A DNA stretch of 64,000 nucleotides. Source: an uncultured Solirubrobacterales bacterium. GTDB lineage: Bacteria > Actinomycetota > Thermoleophilia > Solirubrobacterales > 70-9. The stretch lies in NCBI GenBank assembly GCA_963729995.1, contig CAVSPF010000005.1, positions 24,344 to 88,343 of the forward strand. Reading direction: 5' to 3'. How positions within the stretch are numbered: position 1 is the stretch's first letter; every line of letters starts with the position of its first letter. Below are positions 63,570 to 64,000 of the stretch, in pieces. Made by a program: the position numbers and the translations under genes. The notes under the pieces were generated by a model. It saw nothing but the letters and a program-made list of their open reading frames with translations, was not told where the DNA came from and searched no databases.

Positions 63570-64000
63570 CTACCTGTCGCCTGCGAGAGTTCGAACCATC
63601 AGTGATAGCGGAGCAGGAACCTCCTCGCATTTTCGGTTTCGTCGCTTAAGCTGAGAATTGTATTCACTCCACCAAATCGCGACACCGATCCAGCCCGCAA
63701 TCGCCAAGCCAATGGCGGCTCCAAGCGCAGCGCCGACTAGAGCACCGGCTACGCCCGCGACAAGTGTGATCGGAGCGATGATCACGCGGGCGCGAAGGCT
63801 CGCGGTTGCGGCTTGAAAGGCGCGAAGCGCCGTCCATGGACCCATTTCTGCTCCCCAGGCGGCTGTTGCTAGCGCAACCGGAACCAGCAGAGGACTGGCC
63901 TCGCGCCAGTTGGCGTGCAAGAGCCACTGACCGGCGCTGTCAGGCAGGACCGCCAGAACCATTCCCCATGCCAGTGCGACGGCCGTCGCGGAAACTGAAA
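63570..64000 (-). CDS. Polytopic membrane protein, C-terminal part (5' end beyond the window); possibly a polysaccharide flippase/polymerase-type protein
   Basis: The reading frame stays open to position 64000. It has Ala/Gly/Leu-rich TM segments and a basic tail. The function is guessed only from cluster context. Confidence 0.45.
   Translation of the reverse strand, partial: SVSATAVALAWGMVLAVLPDSAGQWLLHANWREASPLLVPVALATAAWGAEMGPWTALRAFQAATASLRARVIIAPITLVAGVAGALVGAALGAAIGLAIAGWIGVAIWWSEYNSQLKRRNRKCEEVPAPLSLMVRTLAGDR

Overview
This 64-kb window is about 70% GC and looks like an actinobacterial chromosome. I cannot assign a genus, and no database search was possible. All domain calls come from motifs read in the supplied translations.

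Most of the window is housekeeping:
- a TPP-dependent decarboxylase, a 7Fe ferredoxin, an aspartase/fumarase-class lyase and two aldehyde dehydrogenases
- a SpoIID-like protein, ychF, a PAP2 phosphatase, methylmalonyl-CoA epimerase and rarA
- a contiguous ccmA-ccmB-ccmC-(ccmD-like)-hemA-hemC-cobA/hemD-birA block
- a large SF2 helicase, a TlpA-like thioredoxin lipoprotein, an NfeD/SPFH pair, galT, pyk, an F420/NADP-type reductase and a YVTN/PKD secreted protein

Three accessory regions stand out.

1. 34.55-45.15 kb. A 10.5-kb composite integrative element sits in the anticodon loop of a resident tRNA-Arg(CCT), whose two halves lie at 34554..34595 and 45106..45147.
- It is bounded and subdivided by three copies of a 10-nt core.
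- It carries two perfect 650-bp inverted repeats, each with its own intact tRNA-Arg(CCT).
- It also carries a perfect 122-bp inverted repeat around a tyrosine integrase, and a decayed second integrase 5' end.
- Its cargo includes a low-GC four-gene operon at 38289..42319: a small protein, an ImmA-type metallopeptidase fused to a DarG-like macrodomain, a P-loop kinase fused to an adenylosuccinate-synthetase (PurA) homolog, and a DarT-like ART-fold protein.
- I consider this operon the best candidate for an undescribed defence or toxin-antitoxin system. A DUF3800 gene and a 391-aa protein with a possible HEPN motif lie next to it.

2. 49.6-54 kb. An IS630 element is inserted exactly at the stop codon of an ECF sigma factor. 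The region also has two paralogous small proteins, a Gp49/HigB-like toxin with an XRE antitoxin, and an orphan XRE.

3. 54.4-64 kb. A mosaic exopolysaccharide cluster contains:
- a priming sugar transferase, a WecB/TagA-family transferase, a GT4 transferase, a beta-helix protein and a membrane protein
- two low-GC sulfotransferases
- a 365-bp direct duplication bracketing one sulfotransferase cassette, a 27-bp in-frame tandem duplication, 36-bp direct repeats around the beta-helix gene, and gene fragments

I saw no rRNA and no CRISPR array. Many long ORFs in the track are antisense or alternative-frame shadows typical of high-GC DNA, and I did not call them.
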